Assembly: GCA_977018835.1 (NCBI GenBank)
Contig: OZ361257.1
Span: 1 to 64,000, forward strand
Direction of reading: 5' to 3'
Length of the DNA: 64,000 nucleotides
Origin: Minutocellus sp. GHC0000111
Taxonomy: Eukaryota
Both the position numbers and the translations under genes were made by a program. The notes under the pieces are model-generated. The model saw only the letters and a list, made by a program, of their open reading frames with translations, made no database searches and had not been told where the DNA came from. Within the stretch, counting starts at the first letter, position 1. Each line of letters opens with the position of its first letter. This document shows positions 35,763-47,890 of the stretch, in pieces.

Positions 35763-37472
35763 TCATATCACCACGGCATAGTCCGATGGCAAATTTTTCG
35801 ACGATGTCCAACCCTTCTGCCGTTTGAAGCTCGGCACAGGCACAGCCTTGGGTGATTTGCTGGCCCGAAACCCGAAGGATTTCTTATTTGTATCGACGTA
35901 TTGTCTGGCACTCTTTGGTGTGCGGCGTGGGGCAGTGTTTGATGTCTTGGGCGTTCTCCTGGTCTTCTTCTTACTTTCAGATCCTGATGGAGCAGCATTG
36001 GGATTCACCTTGGGCTGATATTCGCTCTTTTTCAGAATGCCAACTGGTGCTTTGGGCAGTACTTTTGTTGTCGGCCCTCCTTCTGTGAGCACCTCCTCGC
36101 CACCACCTTCACCATCTTCTCGCTTTTCGGCATCGGCTTGGCTGCTTTCTTCTTGATGAGCTGCAGCAACGATATCGTCCCTCGTCTCTCCGTTGACTTC
36201 CTCGGCGACAATGCATTCTGCCGTCGTGGGTTCCTCCTCTTGTGCAATATCATGATCAGGTTGGATAGGATCTATATTCAAATTTTCGGGAGTATCCCCT
36301 GGATCAGAAACCTCCACAGAAGCGGTAACATCTACCGAAGTGGTGTTTGTCAATATACTTTGTGCCTCTCTCATCGTCTTTCGTTCCATTTGTGTGGTGT
36401 CGGCAAGGCGCTTCATGGCGTCGCCATTCGATGATTTGGTCCGGTTCGATGGGTTGACCAGGTTTTGGTACCAAAGTCCGACGGTGTGTAGTACTCGATT
36501 AACCCCTTTAGGGAACATGCCGCCACACTCTTGTAGCTGAGCTTGAAGCCACTGCGTCGTAGACGAAGCGAAGCAGTCGATGCCGCACAAATCGACGCAC
36601 AGCGCACTGTCTTTGTTCTCTCGTTGGAATTTTTTCTTTTTGTTGGAGCTGCCGGAGAAGGCCGATGTCGACGTAGGCGATTTCATTCTATGCTCATTTT
36701 TACCACCATCGGCCTTCTCTTCGAACGATACCCATCCATTGTCTTCGGCTTCGCTCATACTCTCGGGCAGTTCGAGCAGGACGGCCTCGGTGAGGACGCT
36801 GATGTCATCCTGCTCACCCTTGATGACGCAAAGGCTGGCGGCGCTGGCCCTGCCTTCACCACCCTCCACATATCCCTCGTCGTTGGCGTGATGGATGTCG
36901 ACCACCGATCGATTGCCGGCCTCCAGGGCGAACAGGTTGCCGGCGTCGTCGTGTTGGGATATCTCCACCTGACCGTCGCCACGGATGTGCATGGAATCGG
37001 CGGGCATGGATGTGGCCGTAGCCTCGACATCGGTCTCTTGGGAGAGAGAGTTCTCTAGAAAATCCTTGAGGAGGCTGCTGTGGGAGGTATCGGTGCTGGC
37101 CGACCCATCGTCCCTGGAGGGATTGGCCGACAAGGAAATGTACTGAGAAGTGACAGGACCCTCGGTGGCGGCAGCTTCACGCTGATTTGGTTGTTGCGTG
37201 GCGTTTTGAGAAGGCGATGAGTTGCTGCCTTCTTCTGATTGTGTGCTATTATTGGCAGTTGGAGGCATTTCGACGTGCTGTTCGTCGGTGTTCTTTTCAA
37301 CTTCATCACTATCTTGGTCAGACGATGCCGAAGAGACGGCAGCAGAAGTTGGCGGATCTTTAGGCGTAGTGGGTGTATTCACTTCGAGCCCAACATTTTT
37401 TACCTCTTGAGAGCCCTCGGCAGGAACAAACATGTTCTTCTTGTCGTCGTCACTTCCAGAAGTATCGCCCAT
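35763..37472 (-). CDS. Hypothetical disordered protein (569 aa)
   Basis: Long ATG-initiated ORF with no recognisable domain. Confidence 0.65.
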   Translation of the reverse strand: MGDTSGSDDDKKNMFVPAEGSQEVKNVGLEVNTPTTPKDPPTSAAVSSASSDQDSDEVEKNTDEQHVEMPPTANNSTQSEEGSNSSPSQNATQQPNQREAAATEGPVTSQYISLSANPSRDDGSASTDTSHSSLLKDFLENSLSQETDVEATATSMPADSMHIRGDGQVEISQHDDAGNLFALEAGNRSVVDIHHANDEGYVEGGEGRASAASLCVIKGEQDDISVLTEAVLLELPESMSEAEDNGWVSFEEKADGGKNEHRMKSPTSTSAFSGSSNKKKKFQRENKDSALCVDLCGIDCFASSTTQWLQAQLQECGGMFPKGVNRVLHTVGLWYQNLVNPSNRTKSSNGDAMKRLADTTQMERKTMREAQSILTNTTSVDVTASVEVSDPGDTPENLNIDPIQPDHDIAQEEEPTTAECIVAEEVNGETRDDIVAAAHQEESSQADAEKREDGEGGGEEVLTEGGPTTKVLPKAPVGILKKSEYQPKVNPNAAPSGSESKKKTRRTPKTSNTAPRRTPKSARQYVDTNKKSFGFRASKSPKAVPVPSFKRQKGWTSSKNLPSDYAVVI

Positions 37473-38126
37473 CTTGGCTGCCTGCCGATCCTTCTTTTTT
37501 TTTCGACTCCAACTACCGATAGATAGCTAGAGTGCTCTTGGGAATTCCTCGACTCTAAGTGACGAGCTGGTTGCAATCTCTCAGCCAACTGAACTTGATA
37601 GATCACTTTTCTTTGGCTCTCGCTTCGGAGCTCAGCCAGTGATACCCAACGCCTCGAGTCTCCAAGTGCAAACTTCCCAGGCAAGCCCTGGGAGCTCTCT
37701 GCTCTGCTGCTGCTCGGAAGTTTCTTCAGACCGTCGCCATCCAGGTTTGATTGCGAAGGACAAGTGGATTGGCCAACAAGACATGATCGCCACCCCTGCA
37801 TGGCCTCAAGTGGCGATAGCATAGCAGCAGATTGGCGGTGCCGGCGTGCAGATGTGCGCGAAAATTCGCCAGCGGGAGTCGAGTCAAGGCGTGATTTGTT
37901 CGACTCACATGGCATTTGAGTCGAACAAGTCAGATTCATCCGATTCGATTTATGCAGTCAGGCCGTCGTCCGTCGAATGCAGTGCAGTGTCTTTCGTCTT
38001 TCGGTTTGATTGAGTCTTCGCACGATGATGCGTCGTCGGCATTGGCTGTCTGCGGTTGCGTTGAAGAGCGGCACCACTGTTAGTCTAGCTAGTAACATCC
38101 ACCAACACGTCAATCATAATAGCACC

Positions 38127-39083
38127 ATGACCGACGCCCTCATTCAAAGGGCGGCCGATGCGCTGGTATCGCTCAACACCCGCCTTCTGCCCCTCCCCCC
38201 GTCCCCGACGGAACAGACCGGACACGACCTATGCTACACCAACCCCGATCTGCTCTGCCGGGACCTGCCCGATGAGGTTGGGCTGCGCGGCGTCATCTCG
38301 TCGTGGTACCTCAGTCCGGAACGGCATGTGGTAGAGATGGCCATTGTTACCGTCGTATGTCTCGTGGTACTCTCAACGCTGCGCATGCCACGAATTTCCA
38401 CCACCAAGAACACGGACAATTTGCAGTACCCGCCCCTCCTTCGGCTCCTCATTGGCGGCTGCTTCGTGCTGCAAATTGCGTACAAGCTCGCCGGCTATCC
38501 CGGCAAGCTGTACATGATGCTCATGCCTTGCAATACTATTTGGATCATGCATTTCGTGCATGCCTTTTTGCCTGGTTTGTCGGCCAATTCGCGACATGTC
38601 CTAAGTCAGCTGTCCATTACATATTTTGGTCTGCCGGTCGTGGCCATTGCCACGCCCGATCTGTCGGATTTAACCCTGCCCTTTGAGGTGGAATACTTCT
38701 TCATCAACCACGCGTTGTTGCTGGTGTTCCCCATCTACTGGGTGAGCAGTGGACGAGTATCGTTGCTGCCCTCTAACAACAAGAATGAAACCACTCTTGC
38801 CAACTTTGCCAAGTGGTACGCCTTTGCATGTGCGTGCTTTGCCCTGTTCTACTTTGCCTTGGTAACGCCCGTGGCGATATATTCGGGCATCAATCTCAAC
38901 TACATGCTTAGCCCACCGCCAAATCCGGGCGATGTGGTTAGTGGGCCGAACTTTCGACTGATGAGTATCGGCTGTTGTGCAACCCTGTTCTTCTTGTTTC
39001 GATTTGCTGCCCTCTGTGCCGAGGCGATTGCGACGGCAATTATGACCAGAGTGAGAGGCACATCCAAGAGCAAGAGCTTGTAA
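38127..39083 (+). CDS. TMEM164-like integral membrane protein
   Basis: Multiple TM helices with the motifs MLMPCN, FFINHALL and INLNYMLSPP. Confidence 0.7.
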   Translation: MTDALIQRAADALVSLNTRLLPLPPSPTEQTGHDLCYTNPDLLCRDLPDEVGLRGVISSWYLSPERHVVEMAIVTVVCLVVLSTLRMPRISTTKNTDNLQYPPLLRLLIGGCFVLQIAYKLAGYPGKLYMMLMPCNTIWIMHFVHAFLPGLSANSRHVLSQLSITYFGLPVVAIATPDLSDLTLPFEVEYFFINHALLLVFPIYWVSSGRVSLLPSNNKNETTLANFAKWYAFACACFALFYFALVTPVAIYSGINLNYMLSPPPNPGDVVSGPNFRLMSIGCCATLFFLFRFAALCAEAIATAIMTRVRGTSKSKSL

Positions 39084-39185
39084 ACAATGCGGGTGTAGGC
39101 GTAGACAATAAGTTGTGCTGTAATGCGAGTGTAAAGTAGGTATGTAATGCTGGATCTGTCTGTCACCAAGAAAACCAATTACTAT

Positions 39186-40109
39186 TTATTTATCAATAAT
39201 CGGACCAGCTACACTGCTGTAACCGCCATCCACATATAGTGTCTGTCCAGTGATCCCAGTAGCACCCGACAGAAAGACTACGGCATCTGCCACCTCTTCC
39301 GCCGTGACATTGCGCCGAAGCATCGATCGATCTTCGGAATCCACCCTCATATCGGTAAAGCCCCGAATGCCCTTGGCCGCCATGGTGTTGATCGGGCCGG
39401 CACTGACGGCATTGACTCGAATCTGATGCGGCGGTGGTCCCAGCTCCAACGCCAGACCACGAATGACACTCTCCAGCGAGGCCTTGGCCGGGCCCATCAC
39501 ATTGTAGTTGGGCACTGCTCGGTTGGCCCCAAGATAGGACAGGGCTGTGATTGATGCCGATGTGTCCTCAACATTGGCATTACTCGCGCTCATCATCGGC
39601 AAAGCATGTCTGGCCATTAGAATGAGCGAATACGACGATATGCCATGTGCTAATCCAAACGATTCTCTTGATGTAGTTAGTAACGACCCATCCTTCATGG
39701 CATCTGGCGGTGCATATGCCACGCTGTGAATCAGGGCGTCAAGTCTTATTCTCTGTTGATCCGCGTTCATATCCGATAGGCACTCTGGCAGCCTCTCAGT
39801 GAACAAAGATTCCACGCTGTTGTCACAGGATACATCACAGGGTAAACATTCCATTCTCGGCACAATTGCAAAAGAGCAATCATTGGTATCCTCGGCACTT
39901 GCTTGCTGCCTTGCCATCATCTCCTCATTCTCCCGCTGTACAAGTCGTTCGACCTGCGAGGCGAAGCGTTCGGACTGGTACGTGCAAACGACGTCGTAGC
40001 CACTTTGGAGGAGGGATCGGGCCGATGCCCATGCGATCGACCGGGCGTTGGCGACTCCGCAGACCAGCGCGGTTCGTCGGGAGGCGGCACTAGCGGCGGA
40101 GACGACCAT
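39186..40109 (-). CDS. fabI: Enoyl-ACP reductase, bacterial FabI type
   Basis: Motifs GVANARSIAWA, HSVAYAP, LSYLGA..PNYNVMGPAKASLES and IRVNAVSAGPINTMAA. Confidence 0.92.
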   Translation of the reverse strand: MVVSAASAASRRTALVCGVANARSIAWASARSLLQSGYDVVCTYQSERFASQVERLVQRENEEMMARQQASAEDTNDCSFAIVPRMECLPCDVSCDNSVESLFTERLPECLSDMNADQQRIRLDALIHSVAYAPPDAMKDGSLLTTSRESFGLAHGISSYSLILMARHALPMMSASNANVEDTSASITALSYLGANRAVPNYNVMGPAKASLESVIRGLALELGPPPHQIRVNAVSAGPINTMAAKGIRGFTDMRVDSEDRSMLRRNVTAEEVADAVVFLSGATGITGQTLYVDGGYSSVAGPIIDK

Positions 40110-40314
40110 CTTCGCTTCGGCTGATTGAGTATTGAAATATTTCGAAAATGAGGCATGCAGTTGGTCTGTCCGTCGCCTTTCACCGGAGCCTCGCGAGCCG
40201 CGCCGCCAGCCAACGCATAAAAGGGCGGCCAACGTACTACGTAGCTATCTAGCTAGTAGTACTCTAGTCTAGTACTACTCGATAAGCGCTCCGGGGGATT
40301 AATCCTAATAAAAT

Positions 40315-43300
40315 ATGGTGCGTCAAGCCATGGCTCTTCGGTGTGGGCGGCTGGTCACCCAAGGCGCGGTTGCCGTTGGCAAAAGAATGAGGGGGGACGA
40401 GGCCTTACTTTCGGCTTTATCGATCGACCAAAAAGCAACAGCATGGGCTGGAGGGATCTCGTCGACAGCCGCATACTATTCATCACCAAAGGGCACGAAA
40501 AGTGACTTGCAGCTAGGCCACAGTGGCTCTCTAAGGCAACTCTCCTCCAGTGCCGCCGCCAGTAATTTAGGAGACGATGGTTTTGATCCGTTCGTCATTC
40601 ATCGCAATGCCATGGATGCCGACCGCGCGGATCGGATGGTCCGTGACCTGGTAGAAAGAAGGCTAGCCGGCGGAGCCAGCGTTACAGTCAGAAAAGACTT
40701 TCTCCAAGGTGTTGTTGACTCTTACAGAATACTAAGTGAAAGGGCCGCCGAGCGGGCGCGGATAGGGAAACGAAGACCGGACGTATCATTCGCGCAAAAG
40801 GCAGACGAATTGCTTGCATTTGTCGAACAAGCATGCGCCCAAGACCCTCCTTTATCTCCCAACATAAAATACTTCTCGATAGTAGTGGATGCATACGCCA
40901 AGGTTGGAGATCCTGAAAGTGCAGAGGCGGTACTGCTGCGATTAGAAAAGATGTGGAAATCTGGAAACAAAAAGGTGAAGCCAAACACAATCCTTTACAC
41001 AGCAGTGCTTAATGCATGGGCCAAAAGTGGGAAGAGAGAGGCGCCTAAGAGGGCAGAGACAATTTTGCAGCATATGGAACAGCTGAATCAGCAAGGCCAT
41101 GAAGATGTTCGGCCTGATGTTATTTGCTACAGTGCATTTATCAACGCATGGGCCAAAAGTCGAGAAAAGGGAGCGGCTCAAAGAGCGGAGGCGATCCTAG
41201 ATCATATGCTGAAGCTACAGGAAGCTGGTCGAGAGGAATGCCGGCCAAATACTATATGCTTCAATTCTGTTATTGATGCATGGGCCAGGAGCAAAGATGC
41301 CGCTGCACCAGAAAGAGCCGAGGCGCTTCTTGAGAAGATGGAAGAGCTGCACCGACAAGGAAATAAGGATGTTTGCCCCAATACAGTCAGCTACAACGCT
41401 GTCATCAACGCATGGGCCAAGAGTCGGGAAGAAAGATCGGCTCAGAGAGCAGATGCGATACTGGATCATGTGCTGAAACTGCATGATGAAGGTGGTCGAG
41501 AGGGCTGCCGTCCAGATACAGTAAGTTTCAATTCTGTAATTGACGCGTGGGCGAGAAGCAAAGATAGAAATGCGCCAAAACGAGCAGAGGCACTTCTCGA
41601 AAAGATGGAAGAGCTGTACCGACAAGGAAATAAAGATGTTTGCCCTAATACAGTCAGCTACAGCGCTGTCATCAACGCATGGGCAAAAAGCCGAGAAAAG
41701 GGGGCGGCCCAGAGGGCTGAGGCAATACTCAATCACATGCTCAAGCTACAGGAAGCTGGTCGAGAGGAATGTCTACCAAACACAGTAAGTTTCACTGCAG
41801 TTATTGATGCTTGGGCCAAAAGTCGAGACAAGAATGCCTATGCTCATGCTCAGAAGTTATTTCAGCAAATGCAATTGATAGGGAAAGCAGTGAAGCCTGA
41901 TGTTTTAATGTACACCTCTCTCATCAATGCTCTCGCCGTAAGTTCCACGCCCGACAAGGCCACGAAGGCATTTGATGTCTTGCTTGAAATGCTGCGTAAG
42001 TAGCATTTCTATTGCGTTAGTGTACACCCCCGGTGCTAGCGGCGATCACTCTAGGAGTGAAGAGTGCACTAAGGCAACGCCCCCACCGATTGCGGCAGGA
42101 GCAGACCGTTGAAGTTTTGACCTTGCAGTGCCGTGTCAGCGAAACCTCCGTAGAGGGAAAGTCCAACCTGGTAAACATGACCAATGAAGTGTGTTTAACC
42201 GATGACGTGTGTGTTTAAACGCGGGAGAAACTCCCACGAAATCCAATTTTCTACGCAAATGCTGCCGGTTGTCAACATTGCGGCAATCCATAACTAATCT
42301 CAAGTCCCTGTCCTTTAAACTGTCCTGTCTCGTTCTATGGCTGTGTAAGTGTGAATTCGTCGTCTGTGCACTTTCATCATAGACTGTAGTAGTCTCGACC
42401 GTGCTGTGCATGGGAAATACAAAATGATGAGTGAGTGGGAAGAAGAAACTATCAAATTGGCAAAGGAGACTCGGTTTGCTTGACCGAGTCTTCTTCTGTG
42501 CGCCAACCTTGTTACACCGATGAGTCGCGCGGAGCAGCGCGGGCAGGACGTCCCCTTTCGTCCCGTCCGTCTGGATTCCGCCGTCCAAAAATAAGAAGTT
42601 GGGTGTCTCCATTCCACCATTCTTCCGGCAACGCCAGAAAAACGGACGGCCAGACTCGCCGCGGATTCGGCTCATGTCTCCACGAACCAGCTTCGCTCGC
42701 TACTGTTCGGCATGGTCACCGGGCATTGTGCTCCCTTTTGAGAACACGGGTGGACACGTCCCAGCGGGCGGTCAGTGCGTGGAATCGTCACATGCTAATT
42801 ACCGTGTTTGCTACCAATGAAGATGTGTGAAAATTTTTGTGCCGATGAAGTGGGGTGTGTGGAGCATGTACAGAGGAGATGTTCATCGCGCCGCCTTTGT
42901 GCTGTCGTGCCCCGCCGACATGCAGGAGTCGAGCATGGTCTCGTGCGCATGAGCTCAAAATCCGTCGGTCGTGTCCGTAGAAACCTACAAAGGGATCAAC
43001 TTCCGGGGGGGGAGCGGAGTTGAGGTAGGTGCCATCTCGCGGCAACAATGGAGAACGTTTCGCCAAAACCTGCTTGGTCGGTGTCCCTCGCACCGTACAC
43101 GGCTGGTGGCTCCTCTCGATATCACGATAGTGGCCGGCGATCGCCACCATCGCCGGAACCAACAGGGCGGGGCGCCCCCTTATTAGTTGCCGCCCCCATG
43201 GGCGAGGAGCATCTTGCTTGAAATAGAAAAGACAGCATGTAAGGGAAACAGGGACGTAGCTCCAACAACTATAACCTTTGGCGCGGTGATGAAGGCCTGT

Positions 43301-43692
43301 GTGCTCGAACATCTGGGAACAATCAAGCGAAGCGAAAAGCTCTTCGAGTTGCTCTGGAAACTTTTGACAAGCAAGCTAGCTGCGAAAGTCGTTCGTCTCA
43401 CCTGTGTCGAGAGAGTGTGCCACACAGTCCAATGATGTGTGATTCGCTCTTCATGACAATCGCCAATGCCTCGAAAGAAAGCGAGCATGCCAAATTGGTC
43501 AGTCAGGTGTTCAAATTTTGTTGTGAAGATGGGGTCCTCAACGATTGGATGTTGCAAAACTTGCGTCGCAACTCTCCGAGGGGGATGCATCATTTGAGAG
43601 AGAACCTGATTGGCACTCAGGCCAATGTTGGAAGAAATGTGTCGGTCGCCGATCTTCCACCAGGATGGAGTAGAAATACGAAATCTCGCTGA
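40315..43692 (+). pseudogene. Pentatricopeptide-repeat gene interrupted by a 1.2 kb insertion and carrying a +2 frameshift near 43301
   Basis: Repeated P(N/D)T..(Y/F).AVI.AWAKS units. Coding resumes at 43225 (EKTACKGNRDVAPTTITFGAVMKAC), then shifts to ARTSGNNQAKRKALRVALETF..CCEDG..LPPGWSRN. Confidence 0.85.
41991..43211. mobile_element. Non-coding 1221-bp insertion flanked by the direct repeat TCTTGCTTGAAAT (41978-41990 and 43212-43224)
   Basis: Removing the insert plus one repeat copy restores DVLLEIEKT in frame. Confidence 0.85.
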
Positions 43693-44403
43693 TAAACTAG
43701 ACCTAAATTATCAAAAATTTTATGTCAATCTCTAGCTAGTAGCTAGCATGATGAATTTCCGCGCAGACTTCATCATCATCACACATCATCATCACTCATT
43801 CATGCACACACACGCGCGCGCAGTTCTGTCTCTCTCTAAAAGCCGTCAGAGCACGGCACGTGAATTTCTGTCCCTAGGAGGAGACGTCGATCATGGCAGC
43901 GGCCTTTGGGAGGATGAAGGTAGCCATTCCATTGGTGTAGCCGGCACCCTTGTTCGCGCCACAGATGTGCGCCAGTCGTCTCACTCGACGATCCTGTGGC
44001 ACGAGCGGCACAGACTCGGCGCCTGTGCTGTGTTGAGAACATGATGAACCTTGGCCTGTCGCATGAACACATGAGCAAAAATTCTTTCTTCCATCTGCTT
44101 GCTATTTTAAAAATAACATGCTGATGGATGTAATTTGGACCTGCTGACCCCCGGCTGAAACTCGCATTCAAGCAAGCACAGCGAACCAAGAAGGAGGAGC
44201 CAAGCCACTCCCAAAATATCGTCTGGCTTTCTATTTTTCGTCCGTTACTACCGGGTGTCACTCTGACCAACCAAATCCAGACGACTTGCCGCCACCGAGC
44301 CTCTCGCCGTATCTTTTGACCTCACTTTTCTCACTTCGAGACAAAGCTCAAAGCCATTCATTTTGCCCAGCAATTAGATCGAATTCAATTTCAGTAACCA
44401 AAC

Positions 44404-46056
44404 ATGGGAAGCAAGGATGTAAGTTCGGCCGCTGCCGTGCCCTTGTCCTCTAGGAAGCGACACGTGTTGTGCCGATTTCGTTCGTATGAGACACGTGATA
44501 ATAATTTTTCTTTCGCATCTTTCAAGTGTTCTTTGCAACTTTCAATTCAATCATTCAATCCCATTATATTCGATTCGCACCAATTGAACCTTGACCTTGC
44601 CTCATGTTGCTACCAAACCAAATAACAGAAGAAAGCTGCAAAGAAGGCCGCAAAGAAGGCCGCCGCCGAGGAGGCCCGCAAGGCTGCCGAAGAGGCCGCC
44701 CGCAAGGCCAAGGAATTGGCCGAGGCCGCCGCCAAGGCTGCCGCCGCCGACGATTCGGACGATGATTCTTCGGTCTCCAGCAGCAGCTCGTCCAGCTCCT
44801 CGAGCTCTTCGGACAGCGACAGTGACTCCGAGGACGAGAAGCCCACCAAGAAGGAGGACAAGTCTAAGGCCAAGGCTGCCCCCGCCAAGAAGGACGACAG
44901 CAGTTCCGATTCCTCGGATTCCGACTCGTCCGACAGCGACAGTTCCGACGATGAAGATGACAAGCCCGCTGCCAAGAAGGAAGCTGTTGCCAAGAAGGAC
45001 GACAGCTCTGATTCTTCGGACTCTTCGGATTCGTCTGACTCTGACAGTGATTCGGACGATGATGAGGATGACAAGAAGAAGGCCGATGCCAAGAAGGAGG
45101 TTGCCAAGAAGGCCGACGATGGTTCCAGCTCTTCCTCCTCTTCGGATTCCGACAGCTCCAGTGACAGCGACTCGGATTCGGATTCCGACGATGACACCAA
45201 GGACAGCGAGCTGCCCGGTGCCGCTGAGGAGGAGTCCAAGAAGCGCAAGGCCGAGGCCGACGCCGATGATACCTTCGAGACCAAGAAGCAGGCCGTCGAG
45301 GACCCCAACGCCAATACCAAGCTGTACGTCCGTGGTTTGCCCTGGCGCGCCACTCAGGAGGAGGTCGAGGAGTTCTTCGCCCAGTGCGGCCAGGGACCCA
45401 AGTCCGTCGAGCTGCCCCTCCAGGACGACGGCCGTTCGTCGGGCACTGCCATCATCGACTTCCATTCCAACGAGGATGCCGAGGCCGGCATTGCCCTGAA
45501 TGGTGCCGACTTCAACGGACGTTGGTTGTCCATCAAGTACAGCTCTCCCAAGCCCATCAACGCCCCCCGCGAGCCCACCCAGAAACAGGAGGGATGCCTC
45601 ACAGTCTTCATCGGCAACCTGGCGTGGGACGTCGACGAGGACTCCATCCGCCAGACCTTTGCCGACTGCGGTACCATCTCCCAGGTCCGCTTCGCCACCG
45701 ACCGCGAGACCGGCGACTTCAAGGGCTTCGGACACATTGAGTTCGAGGAGACCGAGGCCACCGATGCCGCTGTCAAGCTGGCCGGTACCGACATCTGCGG
45801 CCGGGCCGTCCGTGTCGACTTTGCCAACGACCGTCGTCAGGGCGGCGGCGGAGGAGGCTTCGGAGGCGGACGCGGCGGTGGTCGTGGAGGCCGGGGATAC
45901 ATGGGCGGCGGAGGAGGCTTCGGAGGCGGCCGTGGCGGAGGTCGCGGTGGTGGCCGAGGAGGCGGACGCGGCGGTGGACGCGGTGGAGGAGGAGGCTTCG
46001 CCAAGCGAACCGGCGGCATCCAAGAATTCTCGGGCAACGAGATCACCTTCGATTAG
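44404..46056 (+). CDS. Nucleolin/NSR1/gar2-like protein; exons 44404-44418 and 44629-46056
   Basis: Ser/Asp-rich N-terminus, two RRMs (LYVRGL..; VFIGNL..KGFGHIEF) and an RGG tail. A GTAAGT..CAG intron joins MGSKD to KKAAKK. Confidence 0.93.
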
Positions 46057-46306
46057 ATTTCGTTTAGCTGTACCGGGTCCTCGTATTTTATGCTACCACC
46101 AATGAAGAACAGAAAAGAGAAACAAAAACGACTGTATGTTGAAAGAAATAAAATGAAATTAAAGTATGAACTTGTCTCACATTACTCTTTTATGGGTAAC
46201 GTAATATGAGCTCTCTGTTTTTTCTGATCATCGCATGAAGAAAAAATTATACCATTCCTACTGCGTACGTAGCTAGATCGAGCAAATGGGATTGTTATTG
46301 ACCACT

Positions 46307-47544
46307 CTACTCTCCTTCGATGTCTTCGAGTGGATCCTTCAGAGCAGGCTCAGTTCTTTCGTCTAGCACAATGACATCATCTTCGTCCAGGGCAAATCCT
46401 CTAGCGACAAGAGCATCAAATGTCGATTTTGCAAATACATTAGCAAACAGTTTATCGTCCCTCACAATAGACGTCGCCATGTAGAGATCCTTCTTTGACA
46501 CTGCACTGGAATCAAATCCAACAGCAATCATTCGATCAAGAAGAGTGAGGGTTGAATTCTGCAGGTATCTTACAATTTGAGCTTCCGGTGCTACGCCAAG
46601 ATCTTCCAATCTTTGCCTCAATGTCTCTTGCTCCTTTGCTTCGTGATGATTCGATTCATTGATAAAGCAAAAATTGCTCTCTCCGACACCAAATCCATAA
46701 AGTCTGGGTGCAAGAAAACGACAAATTTCAACGCTCGATTGCTTTCGAAAGATTTTTCTGGCTCCCTCCCGTTCAGCGATCGTTTCGTGCACGTCTATGT
46801 CCTCGACACATGAACTAAAATATGAATGCTCGATGATATCATGAGGAGGGAAATATGAGCAAATTTCTTTGCAAGATTCACACATCTCTTCGCTCTCTCC
46901 GCCCGAACAAAGCCCCGCAACGCTATACATACTACCAAGTATGCCATCCACTTTGGTAATGCTTCGTGGAAGCGATCTAGCTTTGAACGCTCCGAGCAAA
47001 TGCAAATAAAGAGCCTTGAACAAGTCTCTATGATTGTCTGGAGAGGAGCACACTCTTGAGAAATAAGTATCACGGATGAGCTCTGCTCCTGCCTGCACTG
47101 TGAGCAGCCCTCCGACGAAAACAGATTTAGCTTTGGATAAGTTTCCAAGAGAGGCACCAGTCGGATGGCAGTATCTTTGCACATGATTGTTGCACTCTCT
47201 TCACCACTAATTAGGCTCAAACAATTCACCTCCTCCACGTTCGCGAATCTCCTCGCCGATGGCCCGTCCAGTTGGCACCCTTTCATAAAGTTAAGCGCCC
47301 GAACATATTTCACCGCTTCGTTGGCAATAATCTTGCCCACTAATAGCGCCGATCGGACCTCCTCGTAGGGCATGTAGTCCAACACATGGCCCCAAACCGG
47401 CGGCGGAATGTGTGGCGTACCCATCGGGGACTTTGCGTGTGGGTCGGCTACCGACTTGGCGTCTTTGAGCCGGGCAATCACCGCCGGTCGACCGCCTCCA
47501 AGGGTATCGGCCTTGCGCTTGCTACTGCTGGTAGAGGAAGACAT
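46307..47544 (-). pseudogene. F-box-like protein with a 1-nt frameshift near 47127
   Basis: IPPPVWGHVLDYM F-box-like motif. ETYPKL joins KSVFVGG if one A is restored in CTAAATCT; this could be an assembly error. Confidence 0.6.
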
Positions 47545-47890
47545 GGCGGGCGGTGATGTTCGCTCGAGACTGACTGATGACTGGGCTGGATGGCTGGGTG
47601 CGGCTGTTGCTGTGGTTCTTCCGCCCGTTCTGCTTCTCCGCTCCGCCTCCCGATCCCGTCCCGTCCCGGCAGCCGCGGGAAACAGCCACGCGCGATGCGA
47701 TAGCGATGTCGGCAAAATCAATGACCTTGAAATTGGGTGCAGCGAGCCTCATTGCTGTTCACCGCACCGTTGCTTGCTGGTCGGAACACGTTGAGTGAGT
47801 CAGCAACTCGGCACTACTGTTTACTCGCATGGTTTACTCGTACAAAGTACAAACTCGAAGCAGCAGCAAGCCAAATAGGCAATTTGAATC

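Noticed and set aside
42517..42560. CGATGAG-stem as a hammerhead ribozyme core
   Set aside because: No CUGANGA and no GAAA after the stem.
43085..43115. Minus-strand AGCCGTGTACGGTGCGAGGG resembling group II intron domain V
   Set aside because: The GNRA-capped upper stem is missing and the insertion lacks GUGYG/AY ends.
42136..43312. Minus-strand ORFs inside the insertion as a transposase or RT
   Set aside because: No recognisable DDE, RT, tyrosine-recombinase or RuvC motifs.
44419..44628. snoRNA in the nucleolin intron
   Set aside because: Only an imperfect C box (GTGATAA), no CTGA D box and no clear H/ACA hairpins.
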